DNA from: Zygnema circumcarinatum SAG 698-1b
Taxonomy: Eukaryota > Plantae > Zygnematophyceae
Assembly (NCBI GenBank): GCA_037447605.1
Contig: CM074813.1
Location: forward strand, 3,100,001-3,164,000
DNA length: 64,000 nucleotides
Direction of reading: 5' to 3'
This document shows, piece after piece, positions 61,001 to 64,000 of the stretch. The stretch's first letter is position 1. Each line of letters starts with the position of its first letter. The translations under genes were made by a program, and so were the position numbers. The notes below the pieces were generated by a model. The model was given only the letters and a program-made list of their open reading frames with translations. It had not been told where the DNA came from and ran no database searches.

Positions 61001-63304
61001 TGCTACTCTTCGTAGGGTTGATCTCTTTTGCGAAGTAAGTCGAATATTTGAGCATTTCTGATTGTCGGCAGGTCGATTTCCAACTTCTGGCCATGTTGCA
61101 GTCGAATTTCACAAACTAGCTGCTTATAATTTTCAATGGTGGAATGGGGCCTTGGAACTGTGGATTTTGCTCTGTATTTGCGTAAATCTTGATGTAAACT
61201 AATAGTTTTGTGGAATCTGTGCGTTTATGTTGCAGATTTCAGGCCCTCTTGTATTTGGATGGCTCTTATCAAACTATTCTATAGTTCATTGCATTAACAT
61301 TGCTGTGGGTATTATGGTTGTGTCTCTGCCAATCTTGGTATGTTCGTACCTCTTCTACCATCATCGCTATAACCATGTTTCTTTGCCGTCTTTTGTAGCA
61401 GGATGTTTAGAAGGGTAACTCAGCTGATCAATGTCTTCAGAGGAATTCTGAAACGCGTTAGCCACAATTAATCTCCTGTCCTGTGTCGTCTTTTCTGCCA
61501 GATGTCCTTGGTGAAGCTGACAGATGTCTTATCCAGTGGTGTACTTAAACGTCCTCGACATGGACGCAGTGCTACAGGGGGCCCGCAAGGGGAGAAAGGC
61601 CATCAAGATGAGCAAAGTATGTCATGTTGCACGATCAAGATACGGATGTGTGAATTGCTATGAGGTTCCTTTTATGATTAGAGTAGAACTGCGTGACTAC
61701 GACAGCTGAATCCGCTTGAAGATGGGGAAAGGGGCTGTGATTTCCATCGACTTTCTTAAGTTGAAAACTACAGTCCATACTAGTACTGAATAGGTTGTCC
61801 CGGAAGACATCCATTGCCCCAGTTTCAAGATACTCATGCGGCTCGTATACAAAGTTTGTTTTATCTCTGTAGAGGCTTGCATGAATGTGTCTCTGAGCTC
61901 CACATCTTGTGTCGTCTCTGCTTCTTGCAGAAGTGCCCGGAGGGTTTGCAGCTGCTGCAAAGGGTTGGAAGCAGTACTTGGCTCAGCCTGTACTCCCAGC
62001 CAGCGTTGCCTATGTGCTTCTCTACTTCAATGCTGTCTTATCGCCTGGGGGACTCATGACTTCTTTTTTGACGCAGAGAGGTGTGCGCCTTGTCGTTACC
62101 TTTCTGCTTCCTTTCGTCCTTCCTTCCTCCTTACTGCCTACTCTTGAAGCACTTTGAAGCATTATCTCACGCAGTAAAGGACACCAGGGGTATCCCTAAA
62201 TTTTCTGCTCTTATTGAAAGGGAAAAATAAATTTCATTGCGTTGGACCCTTGGCAGGGTTGGATGTATCAATCATTGGAGTCTTTCGGGGAGCCTGTGCT
62301 GCTATGGGGTTCTTGGCAACTTTTCTATCGGCTCCTTTGATCGCTCGTTTAGGATTGCTGAAGGTAAGTCGTTCTCGAAATGCGCTACGTTTCTTAGTTG
62401 TCAGAGGTGCTGTTTTGGTCTCGATGGAGTGAAAGGGTACAGATAAGACAGCAGATTGTTACAGGTGGGTTCCAGCTCTCGCGTCAATCCTTGCATAAGT
62501 CATTATGTTATATTGTACACAGCTGGCAAACAGTTTGTAAGTCGATTTTTCAAACTGAAACCACATCGGATGTGTACTTAAGCTGCTAATCTGCATGTCT
62601 CATAATAGTGTGGGAGACGGCGCCATGTGACGGAGGTTATGCTCGAACTGATGTGGACATATTGATGCCGTTTGAATGCTGATGATCTGCAGGCTGGAGG
62701 AGCAGCTTTAGCCTTCCAAGCTGTGGTGCTCGTGACCTCGATTTTTGTCTACTTGGTCTCTCCTCCCGGCCATTATGTGGCCCTTCTGCTCTTTTTGGGT
62801 CTTGTGGTGAGCGCTTCTATCCGCAATAACCCTGATTGTTCGCCTTTTTTTGGGTAGAATTGGGGCTTTCAACTGCTATCAAATTCCGAAATGTTTTCCT
62901 GTTAGGGCCGTCGCTGCCGATCCAAAAGGGTGCGTTCTGTACTGCAGGTGCTATCTCGTCTGGGCCAATGGACGTATGACGTTGTGGACGCCCAAATCTT
63001 TCAGACTGCCATCCCCGCCTCGCAGGCCAACTTGGTCGGCACCACCGAGATCGCTCTCGGCAGTTTAACGGAGCTCATCATGCTGGGTGTGGCTATCGTC
63101 ATGCATGACGTCAGCCACTTTGGCAGCCTGGCCATCGTGTCGGTGTCCTCGGTGTTGGGGGCGGCGGCCATCTACTGGCACTGGCTCATGACGCCCAACG
63201 CCGACCAGCGCCGCCTGTTTCCAAACGAGCCGCACTTCAGGCGGGGGATGGACCGCATAGAGCCCGGCCTGCAGCCGCTGGTGCCGGCAGTCACGGGCAC
63301 TTGA
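58052..63304 (+). CDS. Plastid-type ferroportin (SLC40A; IREG3/MAR1/FPN3-like) with an N-terminal extension and two alternative copies of the TM1-TM2 exon
   Basis: Exons include [17 protein letters not shown] (~59153-59217), alternative exons 59494-59618 and 59716-59840, [15 protein letters not shown] (60063-60152), [83 protein letters not shown]. Stop at 63304. Confidence 0.95.
59494..59618 (+). CDS. Ferroportin alternative exon A (125 nt, phase 1 to 0)
   Basis: cag|CAATG...AGCCAG|gtaatt; encodes (A)[41 protein letters not shown]. Confidence 0.85.
59716..59840 (+). CDS. Ferroportin alternative exon B (125 nt, phase 1 to 0)
   Basis: cag|CCCTT...GGCCAG|gtaggt; encodes (A)[41 protein letters not shown]. 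Confidence 0.85.
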
Positions 63305-64000
63305 GAGTAACTTTAGGGTACCTCCCTTGTGAATAATTTCGTCCACTTAGTTAAATGATTGCACCCACGATTGTTTGGTTTTGGGTAGTCTGTTTCCCAT
63401 TTTTTTTTTGTGGGAGTGCATCTTGCAAAGCGAGGTACGTCCAAGAATTTGTCCCGGTGAGGTTTTCGTGGGGCAGGTCAGATGTCTTTGCTGAATATAG
63501 GAAGGAAGTTTGAAATTAGATGCAGGCCAGCATTCAGTTGAAATGTATGCTAGTCTTTTTTTCCCAGCTTAAGCTCTAGTTCTGTACACAGCGCAGCCGA
63601 ATCTAAGAGTATCAGGGTGAGGATAAAACCAACGCATTGTTTGTTGCCCAAAGTTGAGTGCGGTAGTGTGTTGGGGAAAGGGGGGGGGGGGGGGGGGGGG
63701 GGGGGNNNNNNNNNNTGCGTGTTGCACACCTTGCTCTTGCTCTGGAGGGGGGGCGGCTGTGCGCTCCCAACCAAATAGTGGCTTCTAAATGTTGCCTAAA
63801 AACGTAGAGCTCGTTCGCGTGTACTACTGTACCCCGATCCGACCCGAAGTTTAGGGTCGATGAAAGATGGTTGCTTCAGCGCTCGCCGGAGTCTGCGATC
63901 GTGCAAAGAGGGACATGGGAACTCGCAAACTGCAAGGCGTAAGCATGTGTGAGGTTGTGAACCTCTAGTACGCTACAGCACATGACATGAAGACACCCTT

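Noticed and set aside
8324-63715. 10-N runs at 8324, 12649, 16206, 20634, 24388, 43384 and 63706
   Set aside because: Assembly gap placeholders, mostly at poly-C/G or GA tracts. Not biological, and true distances across them are unknown.

Overview
Eukaryotic nuclear DNA from a streptophyte plant, not a prokaryote. It has intron-rich GT-AG genes and plant-type families. A non-seed plant or streptophyte alga is my inference from purine-rich splice acceptors and patchy GC content. I can support 11 protein-coding loci: an amidase 3' end, an orphan possibly secreted protein (-), an orphan with a Tudor/SH3-like motif (+), mTERF (+), phytoene synthase (+), a trihelix GT factor (-), VPS50/syndetin (-), an alpha/beta hydrolase (+), FolD (+), a PPR protein (-) and cryptochrome-DASH (+). 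A twelfth locus is a plastid-type ferroportin, IREG3/FPN3-like (+). Most ORF-track entries in GC-rich or GA/CT-rich stretches are spurious. The best finding is a pair of tandem, equal-length (125 nt), same-phase, 67%-identical exons in the ferroportin gene. They cannot both be included in frame, so they look like mutually exclusive exons swapping the TM1-TM2 segment. Other observations: (1) GC-rich promoter islands (GCCACGTG, CCAAT, GGCCGTAC, dense GTAC clusters, CATG repeats) sit at every gene 5' end and at none of the three convergent junctions; (2) two TAGGG-ended MITE-like families; (3) two GC-AG introns; (4) a ~1.95 kb duplication across an N gap that may be an assembly artefact. Exon models were built by eye and family calls rest on recalled motifs; no searches were run.
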